This document shows, piece after piece, positions 9,292-19,000 of a stretch of 64,000 nt of DNA (positions are counted from its first letter, which is position 1; every line of letters starts with the position of its first letter). The notes under the pieces are model-generated. The model searched no databases. It had not been told where the DNA came from and was given only the letters and a program-made list of their open reading frames with translations. This stretch comes from Planctomycetota bacterium (lineage in GTDB: Bacteria; Planctomycetota; GCA-002687715; CAIWVZ01): the NCBI GenBank assembly GCA_044222185.1, contig JBGANV010000003.1:544001-608000 (forward strand), given 5' to 3'. A program made the translations under genes and the position numbers.

Positions 9292-12200
9292 CGACTGCGG
9301 TCGAGAAGGCGGTGATCTGGACGCTCTCGCGCCGCGTGACCATATTCGTGCTCGCGATCACGACGCTCGTGCTGGGCGTGATCGTCTATCGGCGCATGTC
9401 GATCGAGCTTCTCCCGCGCGGCATGACGCAGAACCAGATCTCCGTGTTCATCCCGGTCAACGCGGCCAACCCGGCGGAGGTGCAGGAATCGATCATCCGC
9501 CCGACGGAGGAGCTGATCCGCACGATCCCCGGGGTGACGAAGCTCAACTCCCGCGCACGCCCCAACAACGCCGGGATCGACGTGACGTTCTCGAAGGAGA
9601 TCGACATCAACCTCGCGGCCGCCGAGGTCCGCGACCGAGTCGAGCGCGCGCGCGTCGGCTGGCCCCAGGAGGTGCGGCAATACTCGATCTTCCGGTTCAA
9701 CATCGACACGGACCTGCCGGTCTATTCCTTCGGGATCGAACTCGATCACCCGACGGACGAGCTGACGTTCGTCGTCGAGGAGAAGATCCTGAAGCCGCTC
9801 GAAGCGATCCCGGGCGTCGCGCGAGTCACGTGCTGGGGTCTGCTTGAAGACCAGCTGCGCATCTACATCGACCGTGACAAGGCGCTCGCCGCCGGAATGA
9901 GCCTCTACGAGATCACGCAGAAGCTCCAGTTCGACAACGTGGACACCTCGGGCGGCGAAGTCGAGGAAGGCGGCCTCAAGTACACCGTCCGCAGCGTTGG
10001 ACGCTTCCGCAGCACGGACGACGTGAAGGAGTTCCCCCTCCGGCCGGGACTGACCCTCGGCCAGATCGCCACCATCGAACCGGAGAAGGCCGTCCGCGAT
10101 TTCGTCGTCCTTTCGGGCCGGACGCCCACTCTTTGGTGCCAGGTGCAGAAGGAATCGACGGCCAACATCGTCGAGACGTGCAACCGCGTCCGTGACGCGC
10201 TCCAGACTCGCATCGCGACCGACGAGAGGCTGAAGGAACTCGGCGTCCGGTTCGTCACGTTCGATCGGATGGACTTCGGTCACATGATCGGCGACGCGCT
10301 GAAGACGCTCGGCGACACGTGCCTCGACGGCGCTTGGCTCTCGGTCGTCGTCCTGCTCTACTTCCTCCGTCGCATCCGGCTGACCGCGATCATCACGCTC
10401 GCCATTCCCATGAGCCTGCTCATGACGGCCATGTGGATGGCGGCGACAGGAAGCACGGTCAACATCCTGAGTCTCCTCGGGGTGACCATTTCCATCGGGA
10501 TGCTCGTCGACAACGCCATCGTCGTCGTCGAATGCATCCAGCAGAAGCGCGAGGCCGGCATGCCCGGCATGGAAGCCGCGTGGCGCGGCACGGCGGAGGT
10601 CGCTCTCGCGGTGACGTTGTCGACGCTCACGACGGTGGTCGCGTTCCTTCCCCTGATCTTCATGAGCGGCGACCAGGAAATCACGTTCTTCACGTCGAAC
10701 ATCGGCCTGCCGCTCTGTTACGCCGTGCTCGCGAGCCTCGTCGTCGCGCTCGTCTTCGTGCCGCTCGGAACGGTGTTCTTCTATCCGAAGGGTGATCTCG
10801 TGACGCGCAACAGGATCCTTCGGAGGATCCGCAACTCGCGCTTCGTCGAGAAGATGACGGCCGCCTACGGCATGACGCTCGAGGCCACCCTGAGGCACCG
10901 ATTCGTGTCGATCCTCCTCATGGTCTCCGTCTCGTCACTGCTCACGTGGATCGCATGGACGAACATGGGCAAGACGAGCATCCGCAACGACAACGGCGGC
11001 GGACTCTCGATCCGCGTGGAGGTAGGCGCAAACTTCACGCTCAACGACTCCTACAAGGCGTTCGTCACGCTTGGCGAGGCCTTGGAGGCGATGAAGAGCG
11101 AGATCACGCTCACGCACTACTGGTGCTTCTTGAACAAGCGCAGCGGAGACATCTGGCTGCAGCTCGCCGAGCGCGATCCGAACAAGACGAAGGCCTACGC
11201 GGACATCATCAACAAGCGGCTGCCGCGGCTGCCGGGAGTGAAGACGTCCTGCGGCATGCGCGACGACGGCATGGACAAGTCGAAGATCACGTTTCGAGTC
11301 TTCGGCCCCGACGTCATGAAGCTCGCCGAGGTGTCGCGAGACGTGGCGGACGTCATCGCGTCCGTCCCGGGCGTGCTGACGGCCAAGTCGGACCTCGAGC
11401 CCGCGGAAGACGAGGTTCACATCCTCCCGGACCGCGCGAAGCTCCAGCGACTCGGCATCGTTCCCGAGGCACTGTGGGGAACCGTGCAGTACGGAGTGCG
11501 AGGTTTCCCACTGCGCGAACTCGCCGCCGGCGAGCGTGAGATCCCGCTCATCGTCCAGATGAAGGGCGGCGACACCCAGACCCTGACGGAGCTGCGCGAC
11601 ACCGCTCTGCGTTCGATGACGGGCACGGACGTCCCCATGTCCGCGGTCGCCAACCTCACAGTCACGCGCGGATTCGGCGAGATCCGCCGCGAACAGGGCA
11701 AGGCTCGCGCACTGATCAAGGTCGACGCGGCGATCGAGGACACGGCCAGCCTCACCTCACGGATCCGGGAGCGACTGAAGCGCCACAACCTCCCAGAGGG
11801 GTTCAGCTACGAGGACACACAGGGCGTCGACTTCACGGAAGGCATGAGGAACCTCGTCACGGCGGTCGTCATGGGGTTCGTCTTCGTGTTCCTGATCATG
11901 GGGATCATGTTCGAGTCGTTCCTGCTCCCGATCGCCGTCGCCGTGAGCGTGCCGTTTTCATGGGCCGCCGCCATCTGGGCGCTGGCCCTGGCCGACATGC
12001 CCATCGACTTCGTGGGCGCCATCTCGGCGATCGTTCTCGTCGGCGTCGTCGTCAACAACGGCATCGTGTTGATCGACTGCGCGCATCGGCTCCGACACGA
12101 AGGCCAGTCTCAGTTGCCCGCCCTCGTGAACGCCGGTCGGCTTCGCCTGCGTCCGATCCTCATGACGGCGCTCACGACGATCGTCGGCCTCGTGCCGACG

Positions 12201-12437
12201 GCGATGGTGAAGGCCTCGGGCTCGCAGATCTCCTACCAGTCGCTCGCCGTGGCACTGATCGGCGGTTTGTCGGTCTCGACGCTGCTCACGCTCTACGTGA
12301 CGCCGATCAGCTACTCGCTCCTTGACGACTTCCGCGGCTGGTTCGGCGGACTCGTGCGCGCGCTGATCCGGCCAGGCGTCGTCGATGTGCCGTCGGCGAC
12401 CGTCGCAGCGCCGCCCCCAAACCCGAGCGGCCTCTGA
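9288..12437 (+). CDS. AcrB/AcrD/AcrF family RND permease, subunit 2
   Basis: ATG at 9288 overlaps the previous stop (ATGA). Motifs GMLVDNAIVVVE, GVVVNNGIVLID, RLRPILMTALTT. Confidence 0.93.
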   Translation: MTTAVEKAVIWTLSRRVTIFVLAITTLVLGVIVYRRMSIELLPRGMTQNQISVFIPVNAANPAEVQESIIRPTEELIRTIPGVTKLNSRARPNNAGIDVTFSKEIDINLAAAEVRDRVERARVGWPQEVRQYSIFRFNIDTDLPVYSFGIELDHPTDELTFVVEEKILKPLEAIPGVARVTCWGLLEDQLRIYIDRDKALAAGMSLYEITQKLQFDNVDTSGGEVEEGGLKYTVRSVGRFRSTDDVKEFPLRPGLTLGQIATIEPEKAVRDFVVLSGRTPTLWCQVQKESTANIVETCNRVRDALQTRIATDERLKELGVRFVTFDRMDFGHMIGDALKTLGDTCLDGAWLSVVVLLYFLRRIRLTAIITLAIPMSLLMTAMWMAATGSTVNILSLLGVTISIGMLVDNAIVVVECIQQKREAGMPGMEAAWRGTAEVALAVTLSTLTTVVAFLPLIFMSGDQEITFFTSNIGLPLCYAVLASLVVALVFVPLGTVFFYPKGDLVTRNRILRRIRNSRFVEKMTAAYGMTLEATLRHRFVSILLMVSVSSLLTWIAWTNMGKTSIRNDNGGGLSIRVEVGANFTLNDSYKAFVTLGEALEAMKSEITLTHYWCFLNKRSGDIWLQLAERDPNKTKAYADIINKRLPRLPGVKTSCGMRDDGMDKSKITFRVFGPDVMKLAEVSRDVADVIASVPGVLTAKSDLEPAEDEVHILPDRAKLQRLGIVPEALWGTVQYGVRGFPLRELAAGEREIPLIVQMKGGDTQTLTELRDTALRSMTGTDVPMSAVANLTVTRGFGEIRREQGKARALIKVDAAIEDTASLTSRIRERLKRHNLPEGFSYEDTQGVDFTEGMRNLVTAVVMGFVFVFLIMGIMFESFLLPIAVAVSVPFSWAAAIWALALADMPIDFVGAISAIVLVGVVVNNGIVLIDCAHRLRHEGQSQLPALVNAGRLRLRPILMTALTTIVGLVPTAMVKASGSQISYQSLAVALIGGLSVSTLLTLYVTPISYSLLDDFRGWFGGLVRALIRPGVVDVPSATVAAPPPNPSGL

Positions 12438-12518
12438 GACTGCACGGACTCCGCGGCCCACGGCCGAAGCCGCTCGGTGCGCCTTGGCGGAGGCGGCAGG
12501 AAGCCGCAGACGCCGCGT

Positions 12519-14504
12519 TCAGTTCCGCAGCCGGGGAAACCGGTAGCGCGTCTCCAGGCACATCGTCATGAGGGCGGTCGTACCCACACGTCCCGCATCC
12601 ACCGCCCACGAGTCAGCCGGGTCCCAGCTCCCGCGCGCACATCCCGTCTTCACCTGATGCTCGAGAAGCGCGGCCTCGAGCGCCGGCGCCCACTGGGTCC
12701 ACAGCTCGCCGCCCGCCTGGAACGCGGCGAGCGAACCCCAGTACCAGTAGACGGCGTCGACCGAGCCGGGCACCGCATCCCACCGGGGAAGCCTGGCCGA
12801 GAGACGTGCGCTCGCCTTGGCCTCGAGGTGCACGGGAGCCGCGGGCCGACAGAGGAAGCGGCACGCCAGGGCCTCGGCCGTGAGCGCCTCGCTCGCCGTC
12901 GGCAAAGCCCGCGCACCGACGGATGCGACCCCGAGCGGGGCGTCTCCGGCGGCGAGGTATCCCGTGCGCCCGGTTTCCGGATCGCTGACGGCGTCGAGAA
13001 ACCCGAGGGCCTCTTCGGTGTAGCGCCCGTCCGCCGCGATCCCCGCCTCCTGCGCCGCGCGCAGCGCCAGGAGCATCCACCCAGTGGGGGAACGGGCATC
13101 GTCACCCGAACGAACGCCGTCGCGCCATGCCTTCTCGGGGTTTCCGTACTCACGGAGCGCCGCCAGGGCCCGGTCCGCGCAACGCCGCCACGACGCACGC
13201 CGTGTGGCGTGGTGCGCCTCGCACATCGCCATCGTCGCACACGCCTGCGCGTCGATGGAGCGTCCGAGGTCCGACGACGCGAACGACCCCGCCGGCCCCT
13301 GCGTCGACGCGAGGAACCTGAGTCCACGCGAGACGGCGTCCCGGTACGAACTGGGACGGGCGTCGTCATACCCTGCGCCAAGAAACGCCATGAGCGCGAG
13401 GCCCGTGACGAGAGTGTCGCGGGCCGGCGAGCCGATGCCGCCGCACGGTGTGCCGAGCGCCTCGTCGCAACGGTCGGGGAATCCAGCGCCGCCCCAGCCT
13501 CCCGAGGGGTCCTGATGGCGTCGCAACCAGTCCAGGCCCGCCATCACGGCCGCGTCGGTCGATTGGATCTGACCTGCAAGGGCCGTCCGGCGGGTGAGAC
13601 GCTCGCTGCGTCGCACATCCGACACCGGTTGGATCGGACGCGTCGCGGCATGGCCCGACCGGACCGTGAGCATGACGGTCACGATCCCCTCCCGCTTCGC
13701 GGCGTTGACCACGCGAACGACGTCCTGCCACGCCACGTTTGCGGTTGCGTCGACGACGAGCGGCTCGTTGGCGCGCGCCGCGTTCCCGCTCGCGTCGTAG
13801 ACCTCGCGAATCGCGGCCTGCAACCCCTTCACGCCGGGCTCCGGTGGCACGACGGGAGCGCGGCCCAAGAGAATCACGATCGGCTGGGTCATGCCGGTAT
13901 CGGGATCGCTCCCGACCATCACCCGGATCGGCCGCCGCTCGGAGGCGGATGGCGCCGACTCCACGGAGAGATCGCACGCGATGCGCGCCACGGCAACGAA
14001 CGCCCGCGAAGGCGCAGCGACGATCGAGACCTTGCGGATACCGATTGCCGCCGCCGAAGCGAGCGCGTCCCGCACGACGATGTATGGGGCGCCGGAATCG
14101 GCGCGCACCATGACCGACCGTTCGCTCGACGATGACTGGACAGGCCGGGTGGCGCTCGCGAGATCGGAAGGGGTGCTGACGATCACGCGTTGATCGGCCG
14201 GATCGCCCGACGACGATTCCTGAAAGAACGTCGTCCGCCAGTGGGTGGCGTCCGTACATGCGCGATCGCCGTTCGCCGCATGTGCCGGGCAGGGCTGCGC
14301 ACCCAAGCCCGCGTGTCCGATTTCGATCACGACGCCGAGGACCGAATCCGCTGCAGCATCAGTCACGGCCTGATCTGCGATCGGCAGGGTGAACGGAGGA
14401 GACTCGGCGGTGCGGACGTTCGCGTCCTGGGCACAGAGAAGCCGAGCACCAAACAGCAGCCACGCAATGCACGCCACCCTGGTGACACAGCTGGTACTCG
14501 GCAT
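12519..14504 (-). CDS. Secreted protein with two ExbD/TolR-like periplasmic domains fused to a prenyltransferase/squalene-cyclase-repeat domain
   Basis: Strong RBS GAGGAGGTGAG before ATG 14504. ExbD-like segments VMVRADSGAPYIVVRDAL..AAIGIRKVSI and LVVDATANVAWQDVVRVVNAAKREGI. QW-like repeats GLDWLRRHQDPSGGW and RGLRFLASTQGPAGSF, plus YWYWGSLA and GSWDP. Confidence 0.75.
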   Translation of the reverse strand: MPSTSCVTRVACIAWLLFGARLLCAQDANVRTAESPPFTLPIADQAVTDAAADSVLGVVIEIGHAGLGAQPCPAHAANGDRACTDATHWRTTFFQESSSGDPADQRVIVSTPSDLASATRPVQSSSSERSVMVRADSGAPYIVVRDALASAAAIGIRKVSIVAAPSRAFVAVARIACDLSVESAPSASERRPIRVMVGSDPDTGMTQPIVILLGRAPVVPPEPGVKGLQAAIREVYDASGNAARANEPLVVDATANVAWQDVVRVVNAAKREGIVTVMLTVRSGHAATRPIQPVSDVRRSERLTRRTALAGQIQSTDAAVMAGLDWLRRHQDPSGGWGGAGFPDRCDEALGTPCGGIGSPARDTLVTGLALMAFLGAGYDDARPSSYRDAVSRGLRFLASTQGPAGSFASSDLGRSIDAQACATMAMCEAHHATRRASWRRCADRALAALREYGNPEKAWRDGVRSGDDARSPTGWMLLALRAAQEAGIAADGRYTEEALGFLDAVSDPETGRTGYLAAGDAPLGVASVGARALPTASEALTAEALACRFLCRPAAPVHLEAKASARLSARLPRWDAVPGSVDAVYWYWGSLAAFQAGGELWTQWAPALEAALLEHQVKTGCARGSWDPADSWAVDAGRVGTTALMTMCLETRYRFPRLRN

Positions 14505-14682
14505 GCTCACCTCCTCGGCGCCGCCCCTCACCTGGGCGACCTCACGCCGTCCGCTCGGACGCGGGTGCAAGCGTACTGGCGGCACGCGCACCCGAATCCA
14601 TCTGACGGGGCAATGTACCCGACGCCAACGTCCAACGGTGACGCACGGACGAGTTTGCCGCTCCCCGATGCCCCGCCGCCGA

Positions 14683-14703
14683 CTGAAATCAGCCTGAAAT
14701 CAG
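14683..14703. promoter_or_regulatory. Tandem CTGAAATCAG repeat (11-bp period), candidate regulator site
   Basis: CTGAAATCAG-C-CTGAAATCAG in the divergent intergenic region 14505-14849. Confidence 0.35.
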
Positions 14704-14849
14704 GGATGAACGGACCCAACGGCGACCCGATTCCCGATCCATCATCGCGCCCTCGCCGTCTTCGAAGGCTCGCCGATGATCGTCGCACGTCACGCGACCG
14801 CGACATGGTGAGCAGGCCGCCCCATCCTCATTCACGTGCCGGAGCACCC

Positions 14850-16064
14850 ATGCCACGCACGTTCTCGGTCCTGATCCTCGGTGTCGTCGCGCTCATCATG
14901 CCAAGCCACGGACAGTGCGTGAACGGAACCACCACGAGCCTCGCATTCGACGACGGCGATGGGGTCCGCATACCCCAGCCCGGCGCAGCGGCCCTCGGCG
15001 GATTTGCAGACGTCACGGTGGAGGCGTGGTTCCGTACCGCGTCGACGGGGTTTCAGAGCCTCGTCTGCAGCCAGGACAACTCGACCCTTCAGCAGGCGTT
15101 CCTCCTGCGCCAGAGCTCCGGCTCGGTCCAACTCGCGATGAACGCCGGACAGTCGGCCATCGGGGGCGGTCCGAATCTCGCGGACAGCGCGTGGCATCAC
15201 GTGGCGGTCGCTCGCAGGGCCAGTGCGGTGAACCTCTACCTCGACGGCACGCTCACCACGACCGTCACGTTCACGGCGCCGCTCGTTGCCTCCGCGTCCG
15301 ACTTCTCGATCGGATGCCACATGTCGATCGGAGCGCCGGTCGTCCCTTCGGGGTTCAACGGCGACCTGGACGAGATCCGCGTCTGGTCCGTGAGGCGGAC
15401 CCTGCCACAGATCGACTCCACGAGGTTCTCCGTGCTGAACGGCAACGAAACCGGCCTCGTCGGCCATTGGCGCTTCAACGACGGCGCTGGTCAGACGGTC
15501 ACCAACTCGGCCACGGCAACCGGGGCATCGCTGAACGGAACTCTCGGTGCCTCCACGGCGGTGTTCACGGACGATCCGACGTGGACGTTCTCCACGACGG
15601 CACCGCTGACGCAATGCGCCCCCAGCAACGGCCAACCGAACACCGCGGCCGCGTCACTCCGCATCAACGGAGTGGGCGACATCGGCGTGAACGGGCCCTT
15701 CCAGGTGATCGTCCCGACGACCGGCGCTGGCGCGGGCCAGGTCACGCTCTCGTGGGCGGGCCCGCCGACCGCCGCGCTCGTTCTGCTCCCCGGTGTGCCG
15801 CAGACGAACGCAGCGATCATCCCCTGCGTCGGCCGCCTCGATCTCACAGTGAACGGGCTCACCGTCGTCGGCGATCACGTCCATACGCCGCTCTCCATCA
15901 ACGACCTCTTCGTGACGGACACGAACGGCGCGCCGCAGACGACCTTCACCGTCCCAATCGCGGTGCTCGGCGCGCCATGGGTCACGCGGCAAGGCGCCGC
16001 GTTCGCTCCGTCATGCGGCGGCACGACGCCGTTCACGCTGACGACGGCGCTCACGATCCGTTGA
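14850..16064 (+). CDS. Secreted LamG/concanavalin-like domain protein with a distinct C-terminal domain
   Basis: GGAG RBS, ATG 14850, signal peptide. Motifs TVEAWFRT, WHHVAV, LYLDG, FNGDLDEIRVW, GLVGHWRFNDG. Confidence 0.85.
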   Translation: MPRTFSVLILGVVALIMPSHGQCVNGTTTSLAFDDGDGVRIPQPGAAALGGFADVTVEAWFRTASTGFQSLVCSQDNSTLQQAFLLRQSSGSVQLAMNAGQSAIGGGPNLADSAWHHVAVARRASAVNLYLDGTLTTTVTFTAPLVASASDFSIGCHMSIGAPVVPSGFNGDLDEIRVWSVRRTLPQIDSTRFSVLNGNETGLVGHWRFNDGAGQTVTNSATATGASLNGTLGASTAVFTDDPTWTFSTTAPLTQCAPSNGQPNTAAASLRINGVGDIGVNGPFQVIVPTTGAGAGQVTLSWAGPPTAALVLLPGVPQTNAAIIPCVGRLDLTVNGLTVVGDHVHTPLSINDLFVTDTNGAPQTTFTVPIAVLGAPWVTRQGAAFAPSCGGTTPFTLTTALTIR

Positions 16065-16096
16065 TCCCTCGCCCGCCGGCGAAACCTGGCTCGGCG

Positions 16097-19000
16097 CTAG
16101 AAGCTCAGGTTGCGACGCGCCCACGTCAGGCGGAACCCGAGTGGCGCCGCCGGGTCGGGATAGAGAGCCTGCGCCGAGAGCGTGACCCCCAGCGCGGGGC
16201 TCGGCATGGTGATGCCCGGAAGCACGAAGGTTCCGCCTGGCGCCGTCCCGTTGGGATCGGGGGCGAATGCCGCGGGGACGGGCGGCGCAAGGACGCCACT
16301 CCCATCGAACAACACCAGCATCCCAGGCGACCCCACGCCCAGGACGAGGTTCGTCACGGACTCCGGGAAGGCGCCGACGGGATCCGGGTTGCCGAGATCG
16401 AGCACGTACGTGATCGGCGCGTTCGGCAATCCCCCCTCGAGAAACAGACTGAAGCTGGTTCCTGGAGCCGGTGAGGGTGGCGCGAGCCGGATCGTGCCCT
16501 GATTCGTACCGGTCCCGACCCGTAGCGCCACCGCGTTCGACTCCGAGTCCGAACCGGTCGACACGTGTACGGTGATTCCGCCGATCTCACGAAGCACGGT
16601 CATACCGGCGGGCAGCGTTGCGTCGAGCCGGCCCGACGTCACGTAGGTGGTCGACAGCGGAAGCCCGTTTCCGAGCACGACGCTGCTCGGAACGAACCCG
16701 CTACCCATCACCTGAACGGTCACCGCCGGCGCCCCGACCGGCTGCGGTGGGACGGTCGCCGGCACGAGGCTCGTGATGTGCTGCCCGATGATCGTCAAGG
16801 TCCGCGCGGCGGAGGTGCCACCACCCGGCCCCGGCGTCTGCACGGTGACGAGTGCGTCCCGCGGCGGCCACGAGAGCGACGGAGGCACGACGGCTGCGAG
16901 TCCAGTCGTCGAGTTCCAGGTCGTCGGGATCGGCGTCCCGTCCACGACGATCTGGGACTGGCCGGCGATGAACGCGCTACCGGACACCGCGAGCGTGAGC
17001 GGACCGGTTCCCAGGACGTGCGCCGATGGCGTCGATGCGGTGAGGACGGGCGCGGCGTTCGTCACGACGAACGCGAGCGTTGCCGAGTTCCCGCCGCCGG
17101 GTGCGGGATTCGTCGCCTGGATCGTGCGGGTCCCCGCGGACGAGAGCACGGACGCGGGCAGGACGACGTCCAATCGGCCCGGACTCACGAACGTCGCCGG
17201 CAGCACCACGCCGTCGACGCGCACCGTCGCCCCGGGAACGAAGTTGGCCCCGAGCAACGTGACGGACGTGGCGACGGCTTGCCCGTCGAACTCGAACGTG
17301 CTGGGCACGCTGGACGTCAGCGTGGGCGGAACGTTCGGCGAGACGTCGAGGGTGACGGAATACGGCGTGACGGATGTGGCGGGCCCACCATCGCGAAACA
17401 CCACGATCGCGTGCGGACCGGGAGTCAGCACCATGGTGACGAACGACGGCGCGCCGCCGGCGTTCGCCTGGCTTCTGGCGCGCCATCCGGAGCCCGAAGC
17501 CGGGGCGAAGAGTGCCCACCCTGATGCACCGCCGGTCATGCCCACGACGTACGTGCCCGTCGAAGGGACGTCGAACTGGTGCAAGCGCACGAAGGACCCG
17601 AGGGGCATCAGGCTCGACTGAGTCCCGGGGGCGGACGGGAACAAGGCATAGACGTGCTCCGCCGTCGTCGCCGTGCTTCCCGTGGGAACGCGCGCGAGGA
17701 CTCCGCTCGTCGCGGTGATCGGGCCGCCATGCCCGTTGGCGACGAGGAAGTCGCAGGCGTTCCCACCGAGGACCGACGGCACGTTCCCGATCTGCATGTT
17801 CCAGTCCGGCGGACCCGAGACTCCGACGACGTTCCAAGCCCCGTTCCATGGGGTGACCGTGAACGGCTGGCAGAGCAAGGAGGTGTTGACGGGCGTCGTC
17901 GTCGCGGCCGTCAACGGAAGCGTGGGCGCCGCCCCGCAGACGGACACCGCGAATGGCATCGACTGCGACGACGCGCTTCCGCTGTCGTTCCACACGACGA
18001 GCGTGTAGACGGCCGTCGCGAGATTCATGGGCAGCGAAACGTGACCGACGGATCCGCCGGCCTGCGCCATCGCGGGCGATTGCCAGACGCCGGGGGCTCC
18101 CGGACCGAAGAACGCCCACCGCAGGCTCGGATCCCCGGCGGTTGCGACCAGGTACGACCCGGGTGTCGGAGGGACGAGGTACAGCGCGCGGTGGAGGTGC
18201 CCCGCGTCGATCGCGCTCGAGACCTGCGCGTTCGATGCCATGGGCGTGGCCAGGGCGTAGTCTGCGACGGCGAGCGGTGCGCCGCCGTTCGCCGAGAACA
18301 ACCCCGAGTCCGTGGTCACACCCTGGGGGGCGTTCAAGACTGCCACGTTGCAGCCGGGGCCTGCGTTCGTCACGGTCGTAGTTCCGATCGACAGGCTCCA
18401 GGGACCCTGCGACGCAAGCGACACGACGTTGGGCACGGTCTGGTTCTGGAACGCGTACGTCGCGAATGGCTGACACCCGTTGGTGACCGCGGCCGGAATG
18501 CCCGGCGTGAGAATCAGCTCGTCGACGTGGTTGCACACTCGGACCGTCAGCGCGGCGTTGGCCAATCCCGCGGCCCCGCCATTGCGGCTGACCACGAGCA
18601 CGCACCGCCCCGGTGAGAGCGAGACGAAACTCACCGGATTCCCGCCAGCCGTGGCGGAGGCGGCCGGTGTCGCGAGCGTCCGCGTTCGCCACGACGAATC
18701 ACCGACGGCCGAATACAGGAACCAGGTGAGCGTCGGGTCTCCGGCCACCGTGACGTCGTGAAGACCACCGTTCGATACGACCTCGAAGGCCTGAACGACG
18801 TCGGTGTTTGCCCAGGTCGTCGTGACCGGAACACCGATGGACAGCGGAACTGCGACGGCATGCTGGATGCGCGCCGAGCCCGCGCCGTAGGCCTGCACCG
18901 TGGACGCTGCGGGCAGTCCCTGGGCTCCATCCTGAATGAGGAACTCGCAAGCATCACCGCTGGAGTTGCTCGTCAACCCCGGCGCCGTGCCGGCGCGCAG

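Noticed and set aside
12519-13560. Functional squalene-hopene cyclase
   Set aside because: Only one repeat barrel and no DXDD catalytic motif seen.
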